NCBI GenBank assembly: GCA_036172245.1
Contig: JAYWIR010000010.1
Span: forward strand, 2,728,001-2,792,000
Direction of reading: 5' to 3'
Length of the DNA stretch: 64,000 nt
DNA from: Raillietiella orientalis
Lineage: Eukaryota
This document shows, piece by piece, positions 1 through 13,700 of the stretch (its first letter is position 1; each line of letters begins with the position of its first letter). Below the pieces are notes generated by a model. That model worked only from the letters and a program-made list of their open reading frames with translations, did not search any database and had not been told where the DNA came from. Made by a program: the position numbers and the translations under genes.

Positions 1-3000
1 GTCCTCCACTTCCTCGCTCCCCCCCCCCCCATCCTTCCGTCGAGCGACGGGGAAACAGCGGATCTCCTCCTTGCCTCACCCACCTGCCGAGCCAGTGTTC
101 CTTGGCCCTTCAGGCTGTGGCCAGTCAGGAAGGAGGGATGGGCCGAAAGGGGGCGCGGCACTGCTTCTTTTACGATGGGGGCTACCGGAGGATTTTTCGC
201 TTACGGCGAGGAGGCCGAGGGAGGAGGAGGGGGGGGGGGATACCGCGCGTCTGGAGGACACTCCGAAAGCCCAAGGAGACATCTACCCCCCCCATCCTTC
301 TCCTACTTCGCGGGTCGCGTCGCGTTGCCCGGGAAGTTCCTGTCCTGCAGGGAGGAAACGGCAGCTCCCGGCTTTTCACCCTCTCCGGCGGAAGTGCGCG
401 ATCCCCACCTTCTGTCCGATCCTCGTCCTGACGCATCTCAGGAGGAGGAGGAGGAAGGGGAAGAGGAGAAAGGGGCTTCTCTGTTCCATCACGTCCCGCC
501 CCTTCCCGCCCTACACAGCGCGTCTGCCGTCCGCGATGGCGGAAGGCGGACGTCCCAGGTCCCTCTTTCCGGGAAGCGCCGCCCGACGGCTCGCTCGGAT
601 TCCTCTTCCTTGTGGCAAGCAGGCACCCCTCTTTGGGTAGCTACAATGCTTTTTCCCTGAGAGATGGCCGCCCACCCCTTGAACTAGTTAGGGAGAAGAG
701 GCACGACGGGAGAGAGGCGCTGGGCTCCTCCTTTCCTTCGGCACCCTCTGGAAGGGGGATGGGAGTCCTTTCCTGCCTTCCTCGCGAGCCTGGACACTGC
801 CGTTGCCGCCTGGGATGGGGAGGGACACGGAAAACTGGGAGTGTCTGCATCGAACGCCACAGCTTCTTCCCTCGAGCACTCCTCTGGGGTCCTTCCGACT
901 GGGCGGCGGCGTCCTCGCTCCGGAGCAACCCCACTCGCCCCCGTGCCTCTGGTGGGAGCCGCCACCTCAAGCGTCCCCTCGTCCCCGCGCGCTTGGCGTT
1001 CCCCGAGCCTCTCCCTCCCCTACGCCCACGGCGAGCTGGAGCAGACGCTAGACGAAACGGCGCCACTCGCGGCAGCGGCGGATGGCTGACCGACTTTTTT
1101 TTTCTTTCTTTTTTTTTCTCGCCCCACGCCCGGAGGGGAGGGGGTGGGTGGGTTCAGCTGTAGCGCGTGACGGCGACCGCGACGCCCCTTGCGCCCCCAA
1201 GAAGGCTCCCGCGAACGACCCCGACACGCACGCACACACGCGCGCACACACACGCACCCCAATTCCCGTGCCCTTTCCACTTGCTTCTCGTGACCCAAGG
1301 CGTTTCACATTCTTCGCGCGGCTCTCGGGGCCCCCTTGCCGCGCGCGCAAGTCGCCGGAAAAGAGACGAGGGAGGGCGGCACCTGCCGGCGGAAACGCGC
1401 CGAAGAGCGGGCGAGGGTGTGGGTACGGGCGCTCACGTAAATACGCGGGATGTAACGGTCGCCAAGGACGGGAGGGAGGGAGGAAGCGGCGGACGGGTAA
1501 AGGCGGCGGCGGCGGCGGCGTCCGGCAGAGACGTCCTCCTCCGCTCTTCCTTCGCGCCCTCCAGGAATGCAACCCGTTCATGCCTTCCCCCCCTCGAGGC
1601 GCTATCAGCGGCACTCCACCGCAACCTTTCCCCGCGCTCCCTTTCTTGTTCCTTCCTCTCCCCCTCAGCCTCCTCTCGGAAGAAGAGGCTCTGCTCCCCG
1701 AGCGCGCGCCTCTCGTGGGGGGCCGCGTACTACTGCAGATGGATACTGCCGCCGCGGCGCGGTTCGCAGGCGCGGGCCCTGAGGTACGCGGCGGCAGCTC
1801 GGCTCGCGGGGCCTCGGTCTCCTGGCAGGGGGGGAGAGGGGAGGGAGATCCAGAAGCGGCGGCTCACCGGCGCGACGAGCCACTCTGGATGGATGGATGC
1901 GCTCCCGATCGCAAAGCGGGAGATGCGTCTCTTCTTCCGCAGATGTTCGCCTCTCGCGGGATGCACACCTTTCGGATGATGCATCCGCGTCGCACCTGCT
2001 CCGGCAATTTCCTCGGCTGCAAAGTTGCGAGGAAACTGCCGAGCACGGATGACCACACAAAGGAAACAGGCACGCCGCCGGATCGAGACATCTGTTCCCA
2101 TGGAGACTCGCCTCTCTCTGAACAGGTGAATCCCTCCCCTCGTTTACTGCCAGAAGAGCTCTTTTTTTCACTCGGGAACATCTCTTCGAGTGCCTGTGTC
2201 CGGGAGGGAGAGAAGAGGAGGAGAAGGGGAGGGGACGGAGCGGATGCCCCCCCCCTCCTCCCGATGGCCGGGTAGGATAGGGGAATCCGATCCAGGTCGC
2301 GCACCCGCCTGATGGTCTCCCGGAAACCGACCTCTGCGGCTTGGAATCGACGTGGCAGAGCCAGAGTCAGCCGTCAGCAACCCCAGTTCCCTGGGATTGC
2401 GGCTGCGCGGCAACGTCAGAGACGGAGGAAGCGCGCGGCTGCCGCGAAGGCGAGTGGGCTGCGACACGACACGGTTTGTCTGTTAGCGTCCCGCCACCGC
2501 CGCCAGGTGAGGGAGCTCCGAGCGTGGGATCGATCCTGTATGCCAGCAGGGATCTGAACGGGAAATTCTCTCCCAAACACGAAGCGGGAGCCGCTCCCGC
2601 TCCAGCGTCACAAAAGGATTCCGTGTCCCGAGGGGGGGAAAATCGCCTCGGGGAGCGAAACGCCATCTCTCCGTCCAAACCGGACCCGCGCGAACTCTCC
2701 CTCGGGAGGACGGCGGAGTGGTGACGTTTTCGACAGGGAACGAGGACGCTCCGCCGAAACCCACACGCCTATCCCGGCCGCTCGGCGGAAGCCTCGCGAA
2801 ATCCCGCCGGCCCACGAAACGCACGCGCGTCCGAAAACGCGAAACAAAAAAAGACGGCAGGGGACGGTGGAGAGGAAGGCTCGATGGGAGGTCGCGACTG
2901 CCTCCGACTGCGCTTCCTTCGCGAGGACGATGCTGGACCGGCGTTCTCGAACGAGCGCAGCGCCGGCCAAGGGACTCTTGCTGGCGGCGACCCGTGACTC

Positions 3001-6000
3001 TCCCTGGAGGAATCCTCTCCCCGTCCTGCGATCCGCGAACGGCTCCACCAGCATCTTCAGAACCGCGGGTCCGCGCCTCCAGCGACAGCGTCTTCCGGTG
3101 AGCGTTTCTTCACTCCAGCTTCTGATTCCGGACGGCAGATGTTTCGGAAAGCATGGAAATAAAAAGAATTCGTCCCTCCCCCCCCCCCTTTCTCCTCCCC
3201 TTTCCTTTCCTCTGCTGTTGCTTTTGGGAGCAAAGAATATGCTTGCGTCTAGGACCTCTTCGAGATCAAGACCTTCGGATGGAACGATGCGGAGACGGCG
3301 CCCCCCTTTTCCCAAAGCCTTCGTCCGGACTTCCCCAAATTCTTCTTCGTGCCTGGAACCGGGACGGACTGGGTTCAGACCTGGATCGCTCTGCAGCGCT
3401 TCATGCCTGAGAGATAGACAGACCAAACGCATCCGTCACCTGCGAAAGTTCAAGGTTAATAGAGGAGAGGTTGTGCTTTCAGCAGCTGACAGATCCCTGT
3501 TCCAGAATGACGACACTCGGTGCGCAACAATGGAACGTCACTCCTCTAACGGACTCCCCGTTCCTGCCGGAGCAATTACAGCAGGATGCTCCCATTTCCC
3601 GGATCAGTTTCGCGATGGGAAGCAGACCGATATCATCAGCAGATTGCTCTGCCCAGGGCTTCCAAGCATCCGCTTCGGATGCAGCAAGCTGTGGAGGGAG
3701 GGGGAGGGGGGATCGGGGGGGGGGGAAGGAACCCGATGCCACCTCATTAAGAGAACAGAGGGCAAGGAAGACCAGCGAAATTCGAAACAGATCTGGATGC
3801 GGTGAGCACCTTCCTCCTCCGGAAGCTTTGCTCCAGATCGCCGGCTCCCAGCTCGGGATTCGACAAACGGCGGCTCGCGAAACGCGGCTCGTGCTCTGAT
3901 TTTTTCTTCTTCTTCTTGTTCTCCTCCATCCGTTGCTCCCGTCATTGAACTCCTGGAGCGTGCCCCCACGTATGAAACGCGATCGTAAATCCCGTGATTC
4001 CCGGAGCCATTACGAACCGAACATGCGTTATCGCCTCCGCCATTTACATGGCAGGAGCGGTGGGATTTCTGAATCAGTCGTGGGAATTCCTTCTCCTTTT
4101 ATTTTATCACATTTTATTATTTTTTCTCGTAAACTCCTCGTGTTTGGGAGCGTCCGGAATTTGAGATTTGAGATCGACTGGGATCGGATGCTGCACCTGC
4201 GCGAGATTAAGATTTCCTGCGCGGATACCGTAATGGCAGCACAACTTGACGGTTGGAACGTTAACAGTTAAGCAGCGCGGCAGCTGAGCGACCCAACAGC
4301 TCCGTGGTCCCGCAGTGTATAAACACGTCGTTAAAGAATCTTCAAGCGAAATTCCGTTCGGAGAGAGTTGGAGCCCGCCGCATGGGAGATGCTCTCGAAC
4401 ACGGGGACGAACGCGGGATGCCTTCTTCTCTTCTCTTCTCTCCTTTCTCCCCCCCCCCCTCCTCTTCCTCTCTTGCGAGATGCGCCTTTGATTTTGTTTT
4501 CCCGGGAATCGCATCACCGGAAGAAGGCAGCTCCTCGCGCTCGGTCTCACCCACGCCGATGCCAGAAACGTGCAAACCAACTTCTGGAAGTGTTTACGAA
4601 ATAGGCCGCGCAACCAGGTCGCTTCGACGATCTGTTGGCGAAACGAAATGCTCACCCTGGGACCTGGGGAGAGTAGCGCGGTTCCTAACGATTCGTTTCC
4701 GTAATTGAAAGGCGAACCAATTCACTTTTGGGGAAAAAAAACAAAAAAAAAAAAACAAAAAAAATTGAAATAAAAATTCCTCCCCTCCCCTCTCCGCCTC
4801 ATGGTCTTCCTATTTGACCACAGAGAGTGCATTCCTTCTTCTCTTTGTTCTAGGTCGAACATTCTTGTAGTGATTTTTTCTTTTCTATTTTTTTCCTCTT
4901 TTTCCTTTTCCTCTCCTTCTCGAATGAATGAATGAATGAACTGATCAGAGAGCTTAAGCATGAATGGATGAACAGAAAGAAAACTTCTCTGAGAACTTCA
5001 TTCATGAGCGATTCTTATGAATTCCAGGAATGGAAATCGCCGCTCTTTTTGCGATGAATGTCGCCGCACCTGACCTGAGTGTCAGGAGAAAGGCCAATAA
5101 AGAAATGCCTGACGTGAGAGATACAACCATCTCCGCATAACAAAGGAGGAAAGATGCTCCGAGGAATAAAGCGGAAAACGAAGGGGAAAAGGAGTCCGGT
5201 TGCCTTTACAGATTCACACGAACTTTACCTGGTCGCGAAAAGAACGGAAAGAATTAGCAGCCCTGGACAACGGCAGACCCTTCTCCGATTGTCTCCCGGG
5301 AGCGTAAGAAAGGAAAAAAATAAATTGTTTCCGATAACCATGAAGGCTTCTGTTCCATGAAGGAGCTCGAAGAGTGCCGGGAGCTCCTTCGAGGAGGATG
5401 TGGCGAAAGTCCTTTTTCCCATTTTGAGAGTTTTTTTTTTTTTCTTTCTTTCTTTCTTTGTTTGTCTGGTTTGCTTTCCTCATCCGCGCGATGCTTTCAA
5501 AAAAAAAAAAAAAACTGCCGGACGTCCTACCAATCTCCTGCTGCAAGTGATCCTCCTCTTCTCCTTCCAGAGCATTCCCAAGTCCGCTAGACTTGCACAC
5601 GAAAAGAAACCAGCGCCCGAGACCCGCTATGTCTTTGAGCCAACAAGAAACCGCAAATCGCACTTCATGAGAAACAACCTCGTGTACACTTTCACCCCCT
5701 CTGAGAGCGCCCTGCTCGACATCTCGGTCAAGCATCTACAAAGAAGGGCACTCTGCTAGTCTCCTAGGGCGCTGGAACAGAAAACCGATGCTGCTATCGA
5801 TCCATGGGGCCACTGGCTTGGGGCCTTTAGAGTCTGAAGGTCCGGCAGAGACATTGGTCCGAACGAGGCGGGAAACGGGCAACAGAAGAGAGAGGGATGC
5901 TGAAGATCGGCAGAACCTGCATACGGATTCTCCTGTAACGGCGTTCCATTATGGATGAATTTTGAGACCCTAACACGGTCGGCCCGTGACCTGGCTACCT

Positions 6001-7461
6001 TTGTTGAAGGACGTCTGTAAACAGTCTGCACGAGAGGCTTCCCGTGTGAGGACCACCGTCGATGACGTCAGCTGCACTGAGGAGCTTCCTCGGCACTCGA
6101 ATAAAGAATGGTCCGGTGATATTTGGTTGATGACGACCTGGTCCTGAGACGTTCGTGAGATGAAAAGTGTGCTGTCTCTAAGATTTCTTGGGACTCGTGC
6201 TGCAGGAGAGGTGCTGCTTCCGAAGGATGGAAAAGGGTCTCTCCATCAGCACCAGGTGGAAGGTCCATCGGAATATTTTGCGCCTCCTCTTCTTTACAAT
6301 CTTCCACAGACACGAACGCCGAGGCGGTGAAGAAAGAGGCGGCCTTCCGCTATCGCACCTTCAGCCGGAGTGCGAAATCTCCGTCGAATCAGCTTCCTTG
6401 AGCCGGTTTGCAATCCTGAGGACTGGGAGCGAACATCGGAGGAAGAGGACTTCACCTGAGTCGGATGCTTCTTGAAGCCCGCTTTTTGGTCAAGACAATG
6501 GTGTGAGGCGGCAGCGAGAATCCCGCACGACCACGAAAGCCGACGCGTCTTGCGTGCGTCTGCTGCGGCACAGAGGAAGAGACGGGGAATGGATCAAAGC
6601 GGCGGGATAAAAAATCGCTTTGTTGACGCTGACTCGATTTGAGACGAGAAATAGGGAGTTGCGCGTAGAGGATTCAGCATCCTCTTTTAGGAAGGAGGGT
6701 AAAGTACGAGTTGCTTCTCACAGGGGGCGGTTTGTACTGGAAGTGGGGGAAGGATCTAGAAGACCTGGAGCATCTCCAGAAGAATGACCTTGGCTCCTCC
6801 CAATCTCGGGCTGAGGATTGGAACGGAAACCCCGCAGAACACCTGCCTTCGTTCGAGTTTCCCGAATGAAATGGCGCAGCTAACCTCCGATTACGGAAGC
6901 CACTGCCTACGGAAGGCGCGCCCGCTCGAAGGCACTCGAGAAATCTGGACCTCCTGGAGAACTTCCCTTTTACTTTGAAAAGGCGAGGGGAGCTCGAAGA
7001 ATTCTGAACTGTGCTCTCGCACGAGAAAAGAAGACCAGACGGGTGTCCTCAAAAGACGACGCATGGACGACAAGAGGTTTGGGAATCTATACGGGAAGCT
7101 GCTTGTGAACTACTGGAGAGGGGGAAAGGGGCTGGAGAGGGAAAGAGGGAGAAAAGAGGTTGGGAAAGAAAGCCAAGTGAACTCGGAATTTCAGGTATTC
7201 TGGATCGAGAGCGCTTCTTTTTTTCAGGCTCTCTAGGTTATCGAAAGCGCTAGCTTTCGTCCCACCATGGAGGAATCTCTGGACTAGCGTTAGCGTCTCA
7301 AAAGGTCTGCAATACCGACAGCTCGCTCTCCGTATTGCAGACGTGACGGCCGCAGTCTTCCGTGGATGAACGGAAAGCACTCGCTGATCCAGAGGCATGC
7401 AACCGGAACCCAGAAATTCGTTGGCGACGGTGGATTCAACTGTTTGTAGAAACGCCTCAAC

Positions 7462-7741
7462 CAATGTTGCGCGCAGGGAGGATTGTTCCTGGAAACTATT
7501 CGCGGATACTCGTCAACAATGTTGCGCGCAGGGAGGATTGTTCCTGGAAACTATTCGCGGATACTCGTCAACAATGTTGCGCGCAGGGAGGATTGTTCCT
7601 GGAAACTATTCGCGGATACTCGTCAACAATGTTGCGCGCAGGGAGGATTGTTCCTGGAAACTATTCGCGGATACTCGTCAACAATGTTGCGCGCAGGGCA
7701 GATTGTTCCTGGAAACTATTCGCGGATACTCCTCAACAATG
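7462..7741. repeat. Tandem minisatellite, 55-bp unit, about 5.1 copies
   Basis: Unit caatgttgcgcgcagggaggattgttcctggaaactattcgcggatactcgtcaa starts at 7462, 7517, 7572, 7627 and 7682. Copies 1-4 are identical; copy 5 has two substitutions. There are no spacers. Confidence 0.97.
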
Positions 7742-10700
7742 GTGAAATATTCCGATTTGCTCATCGACTTGCGCCGTTAGCATGCACATTCGTAGAAATA
7801 AAACTGCTGTATTTTCCACAAAAATTTGGTGACTTCCATGCAAAGGAGAAAACATGGATAGGAGGCGGCTTGCAGAGATGAATAGGACATTAAAATGGAT
7901 GCAGTCTTTCCAGCTGTTGAATTTATGTGGATCGCATCCCCGGTGAAAATTGTACTTTGATTTCCTAGGAAAAGACTAGTGAAACTTGGATACACGCCAC
8001 TTTTTACTGCCCCTCTCCAAGGAATGTCTCAGGGTCGTTGAACAGAAAGCGGCATCGATTGCAACTGACACTAGGTACAGTGACACTACTGCTCTACTGA
8101 GAAAGTAAATGTAGAGCGGCCCTGTCGGCCGGCTTCACCTACAACCTTCTCCCGTGTGCCATCCCTGATCTTCCAAAATGCAAACCTGGGAACCACATGG
8201 GAGCAGCGTTATGCTGTCAGATCCTAGGTTTTCGAATGAAGAGTCCATAAGAATATTTGCGATGATTCGTGAGGCTTCTAATGGGGACTCATCGTTCTTT
8301 CGAGTGCCTTCCTTTCGAACGATACATTTTCGGGATGCACAAGGTGTGACTGAAAGACGAATCTGGTGATAAGAAGTATTTGTGACATTGATAGGTGACT
8401 GAAACTTCCTGATCACGGGAAGAATAGCCGCTGCTGGTCGGCAAGAATTAGTGGAGCGATGCTTGTTGGCCCTTGTTGGCCCAAGGGTCCAACGAAGTGG
8501 ACGTATCTCCTTGAACACAATGGACCGTTTCCTACCCTTCTCCTGATACCGATGCCGGGCACTCTATGCCATATCTACGAAACCATTAGAAAAAAATGCC
8601 TCTAGGTATTTTCCAGGAAACTCTGAGCAGGTAGTAGAGCAAAAATATTGTTCCATCGCAGGGACTGAGAGAAGGATTAAGGGGTTAGGACTGAGGAAGA
8701 AATCACGAGTTTCCAGGGTGGGACACGTCATCAGCCTACAGCGGACGCTCAGTGCATTCTGAGGAGAGCGTTTCGAGCAGGGGCCCTCCCGCAGGGGCAT
8801 TGTTCAGGGAGAAGGGCTGACCGGTGAGCACGCACCCTGACCAAGAAGAGTGGCGACGCGGCACCTGGAGGCGATTCCTCTCTTCTATGAGGCTGTTGCT
8901 TCTCGACAGAAGCGTCCACGAACTCCAGAGTTTCGACTGCACGCGCTCGTGGTGGTGATGACTCAAAGAGAGGCAGGAAGGGGCGGAGGCGAGCGGAAAT
9001 CTCACGGTCGATGGGGGAGGGTAGGAATTAGGGAAGATCCAGGCAGCTGAGCCCCAGCACGTCAGATGCATCTGGGAGCATTCCATTGTCCCGGTAACCA
9101 CGAGAGCTCCTACGCTGACTGAGGAGCGCAAGGGAGAAGGGAGGTGGTCGAGTGTCCGCGGCTTCCGGGGACCCCTCTCCTTCCTCCTTGCTATTATCCG
9201 AGTCAGTCTCTTGGGGAGGTGGAGGAAGGGAGGCTCCATCCCTTCCTTTCTTGAGTGCCTCGGAAGATTGACACGAGTCCATAGCTGCCAACTGCGCTTT
9301 GGTAGGGAGAAGGAGGACGAGGAAGCTCCTCGTGCGGAATTGTCGATGGGCCTCCGGGACTTTCCAGAGTCCCGAAAGTCGCCGACCCTTCTCCACTGAG
9401 CTCTCCTCAAAGCAAATCGTCCCTGCAGGAACGGGTGCGCAAGAGCAGCAGGAGGTCAGGAGGAGGGAAAGAAAGAGAATCTTGGGTCCCACTTTTCCCT
9501 CTCTTCCCAAGCCCCCACGCAACCCAACGCGTTCCGGAAGCTCCGGCAGGAAGCAGATGGACGGCAAGGACATGTCGGCTTCCTCGGCTCGCTGGGATCT
9601 GGGGTCCAGTTGTCATGGAGAGAGGGTAGCAGCCTCCTGGTAGGTCCTTCGCGTCCTGAGCCTCTTCGCAGTCCCGAGGTCCCCTCCCAGAAGCTCTGCT
9701 GCTGCCACCTGTGATATCGACCGTGCGCAACGTGGGCCATTACGAGTCAGCACCACGACGCACCAAGCGCATGGTGATGGCTGCTGCCCCCATGACCACC
9801 GTCGGCCCCTCGAGCCACCTGCGACTTCCGCTTTCTGGGATGTTCCGGGAAAGACAAGGTAGAGCTGAACTGGGCTCCTCCTGAGAAAAGGGTTGTTGGG
9901 CACTTCCGCCGCTGCGGTCGGGGCTCATCGGTCGGGTGCTCCTCCGCCAGCTGCCTCGTGGGCGGCTCCCGGGATTCCAGGGAGAAAATGGACGTCGGGG
10001 AGGGCGGGACGGAGAGAGGGTGAGGAGGGGGGGAGGGAGGGAAAACGGTCTCCTCCCTTCCTTCCGTCCTACCCCGACCCTCGCGGCAGTTCCCCCTTCT
10101 CAGACTTTTCCCACTGTCCGCCCCCGTAGCACGCGCCCTCCGGAAGGCCGAAACGGCAGCGCCCGGCCGGTCCCGAGCCACCTGCCGCATGCGGAGGGGG
10201 CTGCACTACGCTCGCGCGCGCCCAGCAGGTTCCCGGGGCAGGTGGCGTGGCGGCGGCCGGCCACGCGTTCGGAGCTCTCCTGAGCATTTGGCCTCCGACC
10301 TGGCCGACCGCGCGATTCCCCCCTCCTCCCGCCGAGGTGAAAATGTCCCGATGCCTTCACTTCCCGACGAGCTCTCTTTCTCTCACCCGGCTCCTTCCAG
10401 AAAGGGGTGCTATTCGCCTTCTGGTCCGGATACTGGCTATCCGCCGTTCCTGTCGGCTTTCTTCCGTCATCTTTCCCGACAGCGTGAGTGGCGGCGGGAT
10501 GGGTGAGGGGAAGAAGGCGAGGGCAGGAGGGCGCAATCACCTCCACAGCCTGCAGGCCTGCAAGTCGATGGGAAAGAGCCCGTTTCCCAGACTCGGCCCC
10601 ACAGTCGTCCGGTAGGGAGCGAGGAAGGGAAGGACCACTCTCCCTGGGCTCAAGCCGGCCTGCGTGTCGTTGGTGATCCCGGAAGAACTTTTTTTTTTAA

Positions 10701-13700
10701 CGGCTTCTCTTGTTTTTTCCTGGGGATAGATCCCCCCTGTAACTCATGGTTTGTTTTTACAATAAACGTCCCAGCGTGATCGGGTTAAAAAACCCCTGCG
10801 CGAGGCAGCGGTGCCAATAGCCGACACAGGAGCCAGCTCTCAGGATCGGCGCAGAGGGAAAGCGGAGACTCCCTGCCCACCCCTTGCATGGATTCAACGA
10901 GCTGCCTTGTTCGACCAGGCTGTGCGCCCCTGGGAATAAACTCGTGGGGGATCCATGAGAGAACTGAGTAAGAAGAGGTCGTGGTGAGCTCCTCCTTAGT
11001 CCCCACCCCTCCTCTCTCGTGCCGGCCTCCCTCGCCTCCTTGGAACCCCAACGCCCCTCCTGTTTCTCTCCAGGAGCGTCCCAGGTGATCCACCATCTCC
11101 TGCTCCCCTTTCCCTCACCTTGAGGATTCCGGAATTCTCGGCGCTGTGACGTGCCGGCCGAATCACCCAGGGATCCCCTCTCTTCGCGTTCCCCACCGCC
11201 TCCCGGAATCGGAAGCCTAGGCGGTGCCCTCTTGCGCACATCCCGAAAGGAATGCGGTGGGGAGACTGGAAAAGGAAGCGGCAGTGGCAGCAGGAGCCTT
11301 TCTGGAAGACAACCTCCACTGTGCACACGCGCGGGCCTTCGGCCACCCCAGAGTGCCCTCAGGAACCGCAGGGACACCTCCCTGGATAGGTCTGTAGCGG
11401 TGTGCTCCGCACCAAGGAGAGAGTTCCGGGAGAAGCCCTCTCCTTCTGCTTCCCGGAAGGGCGAGAAGCCTCTTCGGTTCCTCTTCCATTCCACTCGGGG
11501 GTCCCTAATCACGGCATCGCCCCGGGGGAGTGGGGCGGGCGAATTCCCTTCTCCGTCCCTTCGAAGAGCCACATGGCGGCGTTTCCCTGGAAGCGATCAC
11601 CAAGGAGGTAGGGGAGCACAGAAAGGAGGGGTCGGCCCATCCGATAGAGGGAGCGAACATCCCGCATGAAAGGTGGGCTCGCGTGAGCTTCCCCCTGGAG
11701 TTCCCTCGGGACACCCTCGTTTCCTTCTCCTCAAGACTCTCGGAACTGTTGCTGCGCTCCCTCCGACTCCGCGGACAGGGGAAGGAGGAAGGGAGAGGCT
11801 CTTCAGGAAGAAAAGACCTCTCACAGGGAAAATAGCAACAAGACACGCGGAGGGTGGACGGAAGTTCCGACCAGGATCTCGGGGAAGGTGGCAGGTAGCC
11901 CTCGAATCCTTCCCCAGCTCTGCCGTGCGTGTCCGGGGTCTGCGAGCCCTGCTCTTACCGAACCCCACGGATTGGTGCTCCCGGCAGCGGTGCAGGCGCC
12001 GCATCTCTCTGGCCTATTTCCTCTGAGACGCGGTGAGGCCCCTCTCGATGTGCCCCGCGCCCCCTGAGTCTCGGCGCTCGCAGACGCTGGGATGCAGGGG
12101 AGCGAGGCCGCTTCCCTCCGGGCGCCACGACTACCGGGAAGAGGAGGGGGCGGGACCGTATCTTTTTCTCTTCCCGTCCTCCCACCTAGATGTGCGGACG
12201 CCCCGCCCCTGCGCCCGTCTGTCCCGCGCGCGCTCTGCCGTCGGCGGGGTTCCTGGTCGCACAAATAACCGGCGGAGGAAGTCGGGAGAGTGCGCGCGGG
12301 GTTCTGGTAGTCCCTGTTTTCCGAGGGCTCCCGTTGCGCGGCGGCTCAGGGGACGCCCTGCTTCTTCCAACAGGAAGTCCCTTCTTGAGGAAAAGGCGGC
12401 TGCCGGCCCCTTTCCCCTCGCGGTGACGGCAGCCGCCTCCTGCCCTTCTCCCCTTTCCATTCTCCTCCTCCTGGAGCGCCCCTCCCTGTCAAGCGTCCAA
12501 AGAGATCAGCGGAAGGCGCCCGCATTGTGCGCCTCCGCCGCGCACCGCACCCTAGCGAGGGAGGCGGCCGTCGCCGCTCAGGAATGCCGTCCGGGCGATC
12601 CGCGGCGCCGTCCGGAGCAGATGGACGGGAAGCCGCTGCTGCCGCTGGCGTGCCAAACAAGGAAGGGGGCCCGAGGGGCAAAAAGAAAACAAACAAAGGG
12701 CGGCGCTCGCCGAAGGAGGAAGGGCCGGGGTCGGCGGTGGCGCCGCCGCAGCTGCCGCGGCCGGCGGGCGACTCCGCGAGCCGTCGTCAGCGGCGATCTC
12801 CCTGCTCCCGGCGACGGGGATCGAGCGGAGTGCGCTGGCGACACCGGCCCGAGCAGATGCGGGGTGCGATCGGACCTTCTCCCGCCGCCCGCGGTCTCTC
12901 TCCGCTCCTGGTCGTCGTGAAGCTCCCGTTCTCCCCGCGGGGCAACCACTCAGACAAGTGGATGCCCTCCCTTCCAGGGACCTCGGGCGGATGCAGCGCG
13001 GGCGGAAGAAAAGGAGCTGCTTCCGGGGTTCGCCTTCGCCTTCCCTTGAAAAACGTCCCCAATTCTCCTCCGACCCCCGCTTTGCAGAACCTCCCCCCAG
13101 CGCCGGCCAGATCCCTCAGGAGGGCCTTCCTTTCAGAGACCTCCGTCGGGCTTGCGCTGCTCCTCTCGGAAGATCGCGTCTCGCCGCCTCACAAGAATCC
13201 GCCTAACCACGCGGGAGGTTCCGGAGGTCGACAGAGCACCCAGCCCCAAGAGGGCCCATCGCTTGCGCGCGCGGACGCACCTGCCAGCCCCCCCTTGATT
13301 GCCACTGGTGGAGGGGATGACTGGAGGAAGGACTCCCGGGAACGACGGAGCTTGCCTTCCAGGTGGAAGGATGCTCTCGAATCGGTCCGGATGCTGTCGC
13401 TAGCTGCGACGGGCGGCGAGTAGTGCGCTGCCCGAGCCCAGATGCGAGACTGGGAGCGCTCTGCGCCCACCTCCGGTGGCGGAGGCGCGAAAGGCTCTCT
13501 CCATCCTCGGAAACCCGGGCAACGAGCGCTTGCTCACGCCCCTGCGTCGCTCTCAGCATTCGCGTCGCTTCCAGTGGATCCGGGAGGAGCCAGCACGGAG
13601 AGCGGGTGTCGCAGCTTTCTCTGTCTTTGTTGTCGAGTCTCCTGGTCGTCCGGAAAGCAACCAGGGGCGGTGCCCTCCCCCATCTGCCCCGGAGGGAGTG

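Noticed and set aside
1082..2275. 397-aa plus-strand ORF
   Set aside because: R/G/P/A-biased, crosses homopolymer and CA/CG microsatellite tracts, has no domain, and opposite-strand ORFs overlap it.
7462..7741. CRISPR array or repeat-protein ORF
   Set aside because: Units are head-to-tail with no unique spacers, there are no cas genes, and the context is eukaryotic. The 55-bp unit is not a multiple of 3, so the overlapping ORFs are artefacts.
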